From: Phycisphaerae bacterium
GTDB lineage: Bacteria; Planctomycetota; Phycisphaerae; UBA1845
NCBI GenBank assembly: GCA_963666835.2
Contig: CAXXGO010000003.1
Coordinates: 448,001 to 512,000 of the forward strand
DNA length: 64,000 nt
Direction: 5' to 3'
Shown here: piece by piece, positions 25,408-34,399 of the stretch
Position numbering within the stretch: position 1 is the first letter of the stretch
How the letters are laid out: each line of letters starts with the position of its first letter
The notes under the pieces: generated by a model
Database searches by the model: none
The model's input: only the letters and a program-made list of their open reading frames with translations
Told to the model about the DNA's origin: nothing
Made by a program: the position numbers and the translations under genes

Positions 25408-25812
25408 TCAGACCTCCTCCAGCCGCTCGGCTTGGAATTCGCACACCTTGAAATTGTAGACTCCGGCCGCAAGAAAACCAAGTACCAGGACCACCCACGT
25501 CAGGGCGGCATGCCCAGTCACCCTCCCGATCATCCAGAAAGCCACCAGAACGTCGGCCAGCAGATACCCGATCAGCATGACTGCGGCGGCCACGTTGGAG
25601 TCCTTCGAGACCACCCATGACGTCACGAAAAACGTGGCCCACGGCAGAACCAGCACGAACCCCAGCCACGCAACAACATACTTGACCGTTGACCAGATCG
25701 TCTCCAACTGCTCGGGATGATTCCAGAACCAGATTACGGCTCCCGCCCCCGAGACGACCAGAACGGCGGTCACTACCTTGCTACCTACGTATTGTCCAAT
25801 GGCGGCCAGCAT
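25408..25812 (-). CDS. Hypothetical 4-TM membrane protein
   Basis: GAGGAG RBS before ATG 25812; four hydrophobic segments; first gene of the co-oriented cluster. Confidence 0.8.
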   Translation of the reverse strand: MLAAIGQYVGSKVVTAVLVVSGAGAVIWFWNHPEQLETIWSTVKYVVAWLGFVLVLPWATFFVTSWVVSKDSNVAAAVMLIGYLLADVLVAFWMIGRVTGHAALTWVVLVLGFLAAGVYNFKVCEFQAERLEEV

Positions 25813-25982
25813 CCGATTGGGCTCCTCATCTGGCAGCGTCCCCACCAAGCAGGGACCATCCCGGGCTCCCACGTATACTCTACCGCAGAATACCGGCGCC
25901 GGCGATTACAAAGTCCGCATCACTCTGTAGTGTTGATTCGAGGAAAAGCGATGATTATCCACAAAATCCGACATGGACGGGA

Positions 25983-27395
25983 TCAAACCAGTACGGAGCA
26001 CGCCTCAGACCGGGCAGCAACCATACAGTTCTTCCCCGCGGCCTTGGCTTCGTAGAGCGCGCGATCCACCGCCCGGATAAGTGACTCGGGGTCCGTCGCC
26101 TCCACTGAGTGCACGCTGGCAATACCTAAGCTCAGACCCGCGTCAACATGCGGCAGGCTCGCGCGGACAGCCTCCGCAAAGCTCTCGACGATCCGCCCGC
26201 CCAGCACTTCGGCCCTTTCCACGTCGGTTTGTGGAAGGAGTACGATGAACTCGTCTCCGCCGAACCGGGCGGGGATATCCGAAGCGCGCAACTGGCTCGT
26301 GATGGTCGCGGCCGTCATCACCAGAAGCTCGTCTCCGACATGGTGCCCGAAGGCGTCGTTTACCGCCTTGAAGTCATCCAGATCAATCATGATGCATGAC
26401 AGATCCACGTCGTAGCGGCGCACTTCGGAGAAACTCCGCGCAATCACTTCATTGAAGTGCCGGCGATTGTAGAGCCCGGTTAGAGGGTCCCTCGCGGCCA
26501 GCTCGCGGAGCTGCCTGGTCCGCCGTGCCACCCGATCTTCCAGGTCCGCGTTCAAACGCACGATTCGTTCGTGGGACTGCTGGTGTTGATCCGCCATTCG
26601 GTTGAACGCGTCTGCAAGCCGCCCGATCTCATCACGGCGGCCCACGGGATTGCGAACGTCCAGGCGTCCCTGGGAAAAACGCTGCATCGCCACCCCGAGA
26701 CCCTCCAACGGCGACACTATCCTGCGGATTAGCAGAAAGCCTAACGGAATCGCGACCGCAGCCGCAAGAATGCTCACCCCGACCAACAGATCCGTCCGGT
26801 TAGCCATCCACTGCCGCCACGCATCAGCGGCCATCCCAGCGCACAAGTAACCGACCAGAACAGTCTCGCCCGCTTCCTCGGCGTCCTTCTGATCGGTTCG
26901 CACATTGATAGGGTATTTGATATCCAGGAAGCCGGAGACCCCACCAATTGCGGCCCGATAGACGGGAGTTCCCGGCACCAGCCCGTCCTCGAGGTGCCGC
27001 AGCCCGGCACCGGCAAGAGCGTCACGGCCGTGGCTCTGCGCCCCGGCCAGACGGACTCCCTGATCATCGAAGAAGGCGATATACGCCAAGGCGTGGCCGT
27101 CGGCGACATCATCCGCCAGAGCTTGGAGTGCCTCGCTATCTCGCTGGGCTACCGAAGTCGCGGTGGTCCGAGAGAGCATCGACGCCAACTGCGTGAGAAC
27201 CTCGTTTTGCTGCGCCCGGGCCAGTTGAGCTGTGGATCGCAGGAAGTAACCCGACACAATTGCGGTGACCCCGAGAACCAGTGCCACGACCAGGACAGTA
27301 GCCTTGGACTGCAGACTCAGCGCAGTATCCAGCAGCCGGTTCCAATACCCGGCTAGCCCCGTTGTTCCCGCACTCTCCATCCGGACGTGGTCCAT
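25983..27395 (-). CDS. Membrane diguanylate cyclase (sensor-HAMP-GGDEF)
   Basis: Two TM helices, HAMP (RRDEIGRLADAFNRM), DPLTGLYNRR, RASD I-site, RFGGDEF. Confidence 0.95.
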   Translation of the reverse strand: MDHVRMESAGTTGLAGYWNRLLDTALSLQSKATVLVVALVLGVTAIVSGYFLRSTAQLARAQQNEVLTQLASMLSRTTATSVAQRDSEALQALADDVADGHALAYIAFFDDQGVRLAGAQSHGRDALAGAGLRHLEDGLVPGTPVYRAAIGGVSGFLDIKYPINVRTDQKDAEEAGETVLVGYLCAGMAADAWRQWMANRTDLLVGVSILAAAVAIPLGFLLIRRIVSPLEGLGVAMQRFSQGRLDVRNPVGRRDEIGRLADAFNRMADQHQQSHERIVRLNADLEDRVARRTRQLRELAARDPLTGLYNRRHFNEVIARSFSEVRRYDVDLSCIMIDLDDFKAVNDAFGHHVGDELLVMTAATITSQLRASDIPARFGGDEFIVLLPQTDVERAEVLGGRIVESFAEAVRASLPHVDAGLSLGIASVHSVEATDPESLIRAVDRALYEAKAAGKNCMVAARSEACSVLV

Positions 27396-27586
27396 AGCTC
27401 ACCAGCCCGCTCTCAGCCTGAGTTGAAGCGGTCGGCTAGCGCCCTACACACTACCCAGAGTCTTATCGGGGGGGGGCAAGCCGGACTGAAGGGGGAGATC
27501 CACCGACCGGGACGCCGGACGTATCAACGTACAAACATAAACCGACGGTGGACGAAACGATGCCGAACGGCGGACCGGGAGGCCGG

Positions 27587-28585
27587 CTACGCCTCCGCCA
27601 TCTCGCTGCGCTGGCGGGCTCGTTCTCGCAGCGTGTCGAGGGCCTCACGTACCTCATTAGCCATGCGGGCGTTGGGGAAATCCCGCACTAATTCTAGCCC
27701 CGTATTGATGGCATCGTTCCAACGCTTCTCGGTAACCGCAAAGCGAAACTGCACGCCAAGCTGCAACAGTTTCTCTTTGAAAACGTGCCGGGCGGAACTC
27801 TGCAAGGTATGTGCTTCAGCGGGTGAAAGATACTGATCCAACTCCCGGAGGATGTCTATAGCCAAGTCTGTATCGCTTCGACGAACTGCCTCCTGCCAGG
27901 CAGCCTTCATCTCCTCCTTGTGCTTCTCCTTGAGCATCTTCTCGCGATCAACCAATGCCGCCACCTTCGTATTGCCGGGCAGCGCCGCCGCCAGCCGGTC
28001 GATCTCCACGCGGGCGCGAGCCCAATCATGCGCCGCAAAGTGAACCTCGATCATCTTGATCGCCTCGGCGAGCCGAGCTTGGATAGCATCCCCGCGAGCG
28101 TTGTCCAACTCCTCGCGCAGCGCGTCCGCCTCTTCCTTCGCACCGAAGCGGTTTTCCATTGCCTCGATCAAACCAAACGCCGACTCCCATTTCTGGTTTT
28201 CGATGTCCGCGCGAATAGCCGCCCGCAAAGTCTCAAGCTCTTGGTCACGATGAGTTAGTGACTTGGCCGCATCGGAAAAACCGGTGTTCCGTGCAATAAC
28301 CTGCAGATCCGCAGATTGCCGCGCAATCTCGTTCTTTAGCTCACGGAATTCGCTGAGCTGGCGCGCCACGGTTGCCTCCATTTTGACCAACAGAGGCATG
28401 ATCGTCATGAAGACCGCGGCCAGGAGCAAACCGAAACCGCCGGCCACCATCAGCCAGCCGCTCGGCGAAGATTCCACCCCGACAAGCCCCAACGTCACCA
28501 GCGCGCAGCCGCCGACTATTCCAAGCACGCATGCCAGGTTATGAAGCCAGCGAAGTTGCGAAAACCGAATAGGTGGAGTAGCCAT
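27587..28585 (-). CDS. Hypothetical protein, 2 N-terminal TM + long helical/TPR-like cytoplasmic region
   Basis: GAGGA RBS before ATG 28585; two TM helices, then coiled coil and helical-pair repeats. Confidence 0.75.
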   Translation of the reverse strand: MATPPIRFSQLRWLHNLACVLGIVGGCALVTLGLVGVESSPSGWLMVAGGFGLLLAAVFMTIMPLLVKMEATVARQLSEFRELKNEIARQSADLQVIARNTGFSDAAKSLTHRDQELETLRAAIRADIENQKWESAFGLIEAMENRFGAKEEADALREELDNARGDAIQARLAEAIKMIEVHFAAHDWARARVEIDRLAAALPGNTKVAALVDREKMLKEKHKEEMKAAWQEAVRRSDTDLAIDILRELDQYLSPAEAHTLQSSARHVFKEKLLQLGVQFRFAVTEKRWNDAINTGLELVRDFPNARMANEVREALDTLRERARQRSEMAEA

Positions 28586-28817
28586 CTCAAGTTCCTCATC
28601 CTGAGAACAAGCGACCATTTCGAGCCGCCAAATGTTGCGTCGCCAATCGACATGCGGCCCTTCCGCAACCCTGAGCGACCGGCCCATCCTTGAGCCACCG
28701 GACCATCCTCTTTAATCCTAGTTCGCTTAGGTGGCCCGTCAACCGCCGACCGCCTCGACAAGAACGTGCGCTGCGAAATCCTCAAATACCAACCGGCCCT
28801 GCAACAGCCTCACGTCT

Positions 28818-29012
28818 TCAATCGCCCTCATTGCCTGTGCAGGCCGTAAGCACCATTCCCTCCGCCCCGCGCGACTGGGCCTTCCGTTCACGCTGTTCAA
28901 CAAGGCGCATTAGCTGCTCACTTCGCTCGATTGTGTTCGCAACCAGAGCGAGAAACACCAACACGCCCCACCCGCACGCGGTCAACCATATTAAAGCACC
29001 CCAGCCAATCAT
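28818..29012 (-). CDS. Small hypothetical membrane protein
   Basis: MIGWGALIWLTACGWGVLVFLALV TM segment followed by a charged helix. Confidence 0.45.
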   Translation of the reverse strand: MIGWGALIWLTACGWGVLVFLALVANTIERSEQLMRLVEQRERKAQSRGAEGMVLTACTGNEGD

Positions 29013-29220
29013 AGACGCGTTGCTCCGAGGACTTCCCCGGATGTATCGGTCTATCATTGCCGCAGCATGGGTTAACCGCTGCCAACACCGCCAATGCACC
29101 GATTCCTGTCACACTGCACTGCCGGGTGCGCGGCGGCGGCCGCAAGGCATGATGCGTAAACAAAGCCACGACCGGCTCTTCAGGAAGCCGGTCGTGGCAT
29201 TATGAGGCACAAACACCCGC

Positions 29221-29243
29221 GAACGGGTAGCAGCTATCCGTTC
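29221..29243. terminator. Hairpin immediately after ilvE
   Basis: GAACGGGTAG-cag-CTATCCGTTC, 2 nt downstream of the ilvE stop. Confidence 0.5.
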
Positions 29244-29245
29244 CG

Positions 29246-30148
29246 TCAACCGCGGCATTCCGCGCGGTAGTACTCGACGAAGTCCCTGTTGAGCTGCTGG
29301 GTAATCGGCCCGGGCTTGCCGTCCCCCACCGGGCGTGATTCGACCTTCGTAATCGGAATCACCTCGGCGGCTGTTCCAGTCCCGAAGATCTCGTCGGCGA
29401 TATACAGATCGTGGCGAATGAGCGTTTTCTCGACCACGTTGAGACCGCGCTTGCGAGCCAGATCAATCACGAGGTTACGCGTTATCCCCTCCAAAATGCC
29501 CTCGCATGTTGGCGGCGTGAAGACCTCGCCGTGGCGCACCAGAAAGATGTTGTCACCAGTGCATTCACAAATGTGGCCCTCGGTTGTGAGCATGATTGCC
29601 TCATCTGCGCCGGCGTCCTTGGCCTCCGCCTTGGCCATGATGTTGTTCAGATAGTTCAACGACTTGACCCGCGGGCTCGTGGTGTTGGGGTGATTCCGCG
29701 CCAAACTGGAGACAATGCAGTTCAACCCGCGCTCATAGACCTCCTTCGGATAGAGCTGGATCTTGTCGGCAATGATAAACACTGTCGGATTGGCCGTGTG
29801 CCCGATCGACAAGCCCAACAGACCGACTCCTCGCGTGATAACCAGGCGGATGTAACCGTCGCCGGTTATTCCGTTGGCAGCCATGGTATCGTACATGGCT
29901 TTGGTAACCTGCTCGGGCGTCATCGGAACCGCAAGGCGGATTGCCTTGGCCGATTCAAAGAACCGGTCGACGTGCTCCTTCTCCTTGAAGATCTTGCCGT
30001 CGTAAACACGGATCCCCTCAAAACAGCCGTCCCCGTAGAGGACCCCGTGATCGAAAACGCTGATCCTGGCTTCCTGGACAGGTACAATCTCTTCCCCAAC
30101 CCACACCTTCAGGTCCGGTCTCGGCAAATACGGATTCTCTGGCATCAT
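29246..30148 (-). CDS. ilvE: Branched-chain amino acid aminotransferase
   Basis: DHGVLYGDGCFEGIR, VKSLNYLNN (PLP lysine), ECTGDNIF, LEGITR, GTAAEV. Confidence 0.96.
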   Translation of the reverse strand: MMPENPYLPRPDLKVWVGEEIVPVQEARISVFDHGVLYGDGCFEGIRVYDGKIFKEKEHVDRFFESAKAIRLAVPMTPEQVTKAMYDTMAANGITGDGYIRLVITRGVGLLGLSIGHTANPTVFIIADKIQLYPKEVYERGLNCIVSSLARNHPNTTSPRVKSLNYLNNIMAKAEAKDAGADEAIMLTTEGHICECTGDNIFLVRHGEVFTPPTCEGILEGITRNLVIDLARKRGLNVVEKTLIRHDLYIADEIFGTGTAAEVIPITKVESRPVGDGKPGPITQQLNRDFVEYYRAECRG

Positions 30149-30223
30149 TCAAACCTCACACCTTGCTGGATTCAAAGGGCCACGCGTCCTGGCGCCCACC
30201 GTCCCGTGGCCTTTCCGTCATCT

Positions 30224-30916
30224 CTAATCAAGCACATTGCGAAGCACTCCCGCAGTCAACGTGACGCGCCGGTGCGCCCGTGATGCGACCTTGGGATCAT
30301 GCGTCACCATCACGATCGTCTGACCATCCCGGTTCAACTCGACGAGAAGGTCCAGCAGATCTCCACCAATCTTCTCATCCAGGTTACCGGTTGGCTCATC
30401 CGCAAGCAAGAGCGACGGGCGGTTCAGCAGGGCGCGAGCCACCGCTACCCGCTGCCTTTCTCCACCGGAGAGCTCGCGCGGGCGGTGCCGCACGCGATGT
30501 TGCAGGCCGACCCGTTCGAGCATCTCTTCCGCATCACGTCGCGCCTCACGACGCGCCCCCCACCAAGCCAGACCGGAATGCGTTATCAGACGCGGCAGCA
30601 CCACGTTTTCCAGAACGGACAGCTCGGGTAACAGGTGATAGAACTGAAAAACAAACCCTACCCGCTCATTACGGTAGCGTTCGCGGAACCCATTCGACTG
30701 TTGAAACAAGTCCTGGCCCTCGAACTTCACGGTCCCTCGGTCCGGAATATCCAGCGCCCCGAGGATGTGTAGCAGGGTGCTCTTGCCGGAACCGCTGGCT
30801 CCGACGATTACCAGAAACTCACCTTCCTGGGCCTGCAAAGACGCGCCCCGCAGGACCCGCACCTCGCTCGATCCCATGGTGTACGATTTGTTAATACCCT
30901 GTGCGTGCAGCATCAC
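30224..30916 (-). CDS. lolD: Lipoprotein-releasing ABC transporter ATP-binding protein
   Basis: GASGSGKST, GFVFQFYHLLPE, LSGGERQR, ADEPTGNLD; lysS-permease-ATPase gene order. Confidence 0.85.
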   Translation of the reverse strand: MMLHAQGINKSYTMGSSEVRVLRGASLQAQEGEFLVIVGASGSGKSTLLHILGALDIPDRGTVKFEGQDLFQQSNGFRERYRNERVGFVFQFYHLLPELSVLENVVLPRLITHSGLAWWGARREARRDAEEMLERVGLQHRVRHRPRELSGGERQRVAVARALLNRPSLLLADEPTGNLDEKIGGDLLDLLVELNRDGQTIVMVTHDPKVASRAHRRVTLTAGVLRNVLD

Positions 30917-30919
30917 GGT

Positions 30920-32509
30920 TTACTCGTAACGGAGCGCGTCGACCGGCCAGACCCGGCCGGCCAGAAACGCCGGAACCACGGAACCGATTACGGAAGCGAC
31001 CACCGCCACGGATGCCACCCAAATGGCATCAGCCAGCTTGACGGCTTCCGGGATTCGATCAAAGGAATACACGTCGGGAGTCCAGACTCTCAACTGCGGG
31101 TTGATCCACGCTAGTGCCTCTTGGATGTCGTTGATGTTCCACACGAACAGGCTGCCGACAATCGTGCCCAAGATCGCCCCGGTGATCCCGACCATTCCCG
31201 CATAACCCATAAACAACGCCGCCACCCCGCGTCCGGAAGCGCCCAGAGCCTTCAGGATGCCGATGTCGCGGGTCTTCTTCTCGACGATCATGAAGAAGAT
31301 CAGGCCGACCAGGGCAATCGCCACGAGGCAGATAATCCCGAGGATTATCAGCATCAGGACCTTCTCTTTTTCAACCGCATTGATGAAATGTTTCTGCAGA
31401 TCCTCCCAAGTATAGACCTGCACATAACTCAGCGACTGCTGATCCGTCAGGGTAAGGTCCATGCCCAGCGTACCGAGAAAAGCCGACCACTCATCGCTGA
31501 TCGCCTTCTGGGCTGCATTAAGATCGACCCCCTCGTTAAGCCCGATCAGGATCTGGTTGGCTCGAGGTTTCGAGAAGCTCCCGTCGATCAACGGCTGAGC
31601 ATCCATACCCAGTTTCTGCTGCACCATGGCGAAATCAACGTACACACTCAAGCTGTCGATCTCAAAAATGCCCGTGCGCGAGTCGTCAACGTAACGCAAG
31701 GGGATGCGAACCGGGGGTTCGCCCGTGACGTTCCCGGATTGGCTCAGCGGCATCAACGTCAGTGCCACCTCCGCCCCGCGAGCCAGGTACCTTTCGAAGC
31801 TGCCGTCCGTCTTTCGCCGTTCATACAGAAGATCAGCGCCAACCACGATCCCATAACGCTCGGCGCCGGCGTACCGCGGACCATCGAACCCCACCGAATA
31901 TACGCGCTGCCCGGGAGATGCCGTGACCCGCGGGTACTGCGCAATCTCGTACGGCGCCTCATCATACTGTTCCAGAACGTGCGGATCCTGCTCCGCCGCC
32001 CGCCACTTCGCGTTCGCCGCCTCCAGATCAGGCGGCAACTTCAGAACCCCCGCCTCGGTAAAACCGGCCACCGGCATCGCCTGCTTCCCGAAGTGAGTAC
32101 TCCCCGGATAGTAGTGCTCATAGTGCAGCCCCTCCTTGAGACTATTGACCTGCACGTACTCCTCCAACCGAATACCCAGCACCCGCGCAGGCTTCGTGTA
32201 AGCGGTCGCCGGAATCCGGAACACCCCATAGCTGTACACCGTTGGAGTAACTAACCTGACCACCTCGGGAAGCTGTCTCTTGACGTATGCTCCGAATTCC
32301 TCGTAGTACGGGAACCCCTGCATCGATCCCCCGTCAAGCACAATCTCACTGTGCAGGCCGCGGGAACGAGTCCGAATCGTATCCAGGAACCCCCCCATCA
32401 CGCTCAGAACGACAAGGACCATCGCCACGCACAGCGTAACGCTGGCCGTCCCGAAAAGGGCGATCAACTTCGTGTGCAAGTACCGCCAGACGAGGAACCA
32501 CTTGTACAT
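30920..32509 (-). CDS. LolC/LolE (MacB/FtsX-type) ABC permease
   Basis: VLSVMGGF, EKTRDIGILKALGAS, PVDALRYE; 1+3 TM layout with an enlarged periplasmic domain. Confidence 0.9.
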   Translation of the reverse strand: MYKWFLVWRYLHTKLIALFGTASVTLCVAMVLVVLSVMGGFLDTIRTRSRGLHSEIVLDGGSMQGFPYYEEFGAYVKRQLPEVVRLVTPTVYSYGVFRIPATAYTKPARVLGIRLEEYVQVNSLKEGLHYEHYYPGSTHFGKQAMPVAGFTEAGVLKLPPDLEAANAKWRAAEQDPHVLEQYDEAPYEIAQYPRVTASPGQRVYSVGFDGPRYAGAERYGIVVGADLLYERRKTDGSFERYLARGAEVALTLMPLSQSGNVTGEPPVRIPLRYVDDSRTGIFEIDSLSVYVDFAMVQQKLGMDAQPLIDGSFSKPRANQILIGLNEGVDLNAAQKAISDEWSAFLGTLGMDLTLTDQQSLSYVQVYTWEDLQKHFINAVEKEKVLMLIILGIICLVAIALVGLIFFMIVEKKTRDIGILKALGASGRGVAALFMGYAGMVGITGAILGTIVGSLFVWNINDIQEALAWINPQLRVWTPDVYSFDRIPEAVKLADAIWVASVAVVASVIGSVVPAFLAGRVWPVDALRYE

Positions 32510-32511
32510 GG

Positions 32512-34158
32512 TCAGCCGCTTCCACCGGCAGACGCCGGGGCCGGCGAGCCGGTCAACACCGGTCGCTGCAACGGAAAGAGTATTACATCGCGAATGCTCG
32601 GACTGTCAGTCAGCAGCATTACTAACCGGTCGATCCCCACGCCCAATCCGCCGGCCGGAGGCATGCCGTATTCCAACGCCGTAACGAAATCCTCGTCCAT
32701 CACGGCCATGGTCTCGTCCCCCTCGCCAGCAACCGTCCGGCGGAGGTTTTCGGCCTGCACGTCCGGGTCGTTCAACTCGGTGTAGGCGTTCCCCAACTCC
32801 ATACCTGCTACAAACGCCTCAAACCGCAAGGCAATCGAGAGGTCGTCAGGGTGGCGGCGGGTCAACGGGCAGATCGCCGCAGGGTAGTCGCATACAAAGG
32901 TCGGTTGGACCAAGTGGTGCTCGACCGTTGCCTCGAATACGTCATTCACAATCACCGCGTCATCCTTGCCTGCGATGGTGATGCCCAACTCCCCGGCTTT
33001 CCGGTGGACCGCCTCCGAATCGGCGGGGTCCACACCCGCATATTCGCGTAACAGCTCATGGTATTTAACGCGAGGCCACGGCGGCGTGAAATCAAGCACC
33101 TGCCCGTTGAACACGGTCGTCAAGCGTCCGCTGTCCAATCCGGATCGAGCTTCGCGATAAGCCGCCAGATCATTCTCCTCGGCATAAGCTGCGGCCGCAT
33201 CCGCCCGGTCCTCGCCCTCCAGGCGGGCCACCTCGCTCTCGATCTCGGCCACCCGCTGCGGCACGGCCTCTCGACACGAAACTTCGAACGCCGCGGCCAC
33301 CATCTGCTCTACCCGCTCCATCATCACGCGGTAATCGGCGTACGCCTCGTACAGCTCGATCATTGTGAACTCGGGGTTGTGCTTCGTGCTGATCCCCTCA
33401 TTGCGGAAGTTCCGGGCGATCTCGAAGACCCGGTTCATCCCTCCCACCAGAAGGCGCTTCAGATAGAGCTCAGGGCTGATCCGCAAGAACAGATCGAGAT
33501 CCAGAGTGTTGTGATGGGTCGTAAACGGCCTGGCAGCCGCCCCGCCGTATATCGGCTGGAGTGCCGGAGTCTCGACCTCAATGTAGTCTTCATCGATAAG
33601 CCGTTGCCGCACGGCCTGAATAATCGCGCTACGCCGTCTGAACGTCGTCAGAACCCCGGGATTGGTGAACAAATCAACATAACGCCGTCGATACCTCAGG
33701 TCCACATCGACCAGCCCGTGCCATTTCTCCGGCGGCGGCCTCATCGACTTGCACAACAGCTTGATCTGATCAGCCCAGAGCGTCAGCTCGCCGGTCTTGG
33801 TCTTACCGATCACGCCGTCGGCCCCGATGATGTCACCGAGGTCGAGCTTCTTGACGACCTTCCACTGGTCATCCCCCAGGGCGGCTTTGCTCAATCCGAA
33901 CTGCAACGCACCGGTTCCGTCCCGGACCGTCAGAAACGCCAGTTTGCCCATGACTCGGAGCAACGCGATTCGCCCTGCGACCCGGGCGGACCGGTCACTG
34001 CGCTCGCCAGCCTCCAACCCCAGCGGCGCCGCCGCGGCGCGCACGGCGGCGGTGCTAACCACGTTATCGTATCGTTCTCCGTAGGGATCGACTCCCAATT
34101 CCGCAACCGCATCGCGTTTCGTACGACGTTGCGTCCTCAATACGTCTTCTTCACTCAT
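32512..34158 (-). CDS. lysS: Lysine--tRNA ligase (class II)
   Basis: OB anticodon domain, RYRRRYVDL, YGGAAARPF, LRISPELYLKRL, FRNEG, YGMPPAGGLGVGIDRL. Confidence 0.98.
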   Translation of the reverse strand: MSEEDVLRTQRRTKRDAVAELGVDPYGERYDNVVSTAAVRAAAAPLGLEAGERSDRSARVAGRIALLRVMGKLAFLTVRDGTGALQFGLSKAALGDDQWKVVKKLDLGDIIGADGVIGKTKTGELTLWADQIKLLCKSMRPPPEKWHGLVDVDLRYRRRYVDLFTNPGVLTTFRRRSAIIQAVRQRLIDEDYIEVETPALQPIYGGAAARPFTTHHNTLDLDLFLRISPELYLKRLLVGGMNRVFEIARNFRNEGISTKHNPEFTMIELYEAYADYRVMMERVEQMVAAAFEVSCREAVPQRVAEIESEVARLEGEDRADAAAAYAEENDLAAYREARSGLDSGRLTTVFNGQVLDFTPPWPRVKYHELLREYAGVDPADSEAVHRKAGELGITIAGKDDAVIVNDVFEATVEHHLVQPTFVCDYPAAICPLTRRHPDDLSIALRFEAFVAGMELGNAYTELNDPDVQAENLRRTVAGEGDETMAVMDEDFVTALEYGMPPAGGLGVGIDRLVMLLTDSPSIRDVILFPLQRPVLTGSPAPASAGGSG

Positions 34159-34286
34159 AGGCCGAGCCAACTCTGGTAAGGTAATGCACGACAGTCAAAC
34201 CGCGATCCTACCCGCGCGCGCGCACGCGGGCAAACCGCGCCGAACCACGTTTCAGAGACGCGCGGCATTTACAGCCCACATTACTG

Positions 34287-34315
34287 TTGCATGGGGCGCT
34301 CTATTGCGGTACGAT
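34287..34315 (+). promoter_or_regulatory. Possible sigma70-type promoter
   Basis: TTGCAT-17 nt-TACGAT upstream of the CDS at 34400, which has a GGAGGAGG RBS. Confidence 0.4.
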
Positions 34316-34399
34316 CCAGGTGGACATCAAACGGCGTGTCCGGGAGAGACGGAGGGACGTTTCGTAGGACTCGCCGGACCAGTTCGGAGGAGGTGAAGC

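Noticed and set aside
25367..25669. N-terminal extension of the kinase ORF
   Set aside because: Overlaps the 4-TM gene in another frame; GGAGG + GTG at 25366 directly precedes kinase subdomain I
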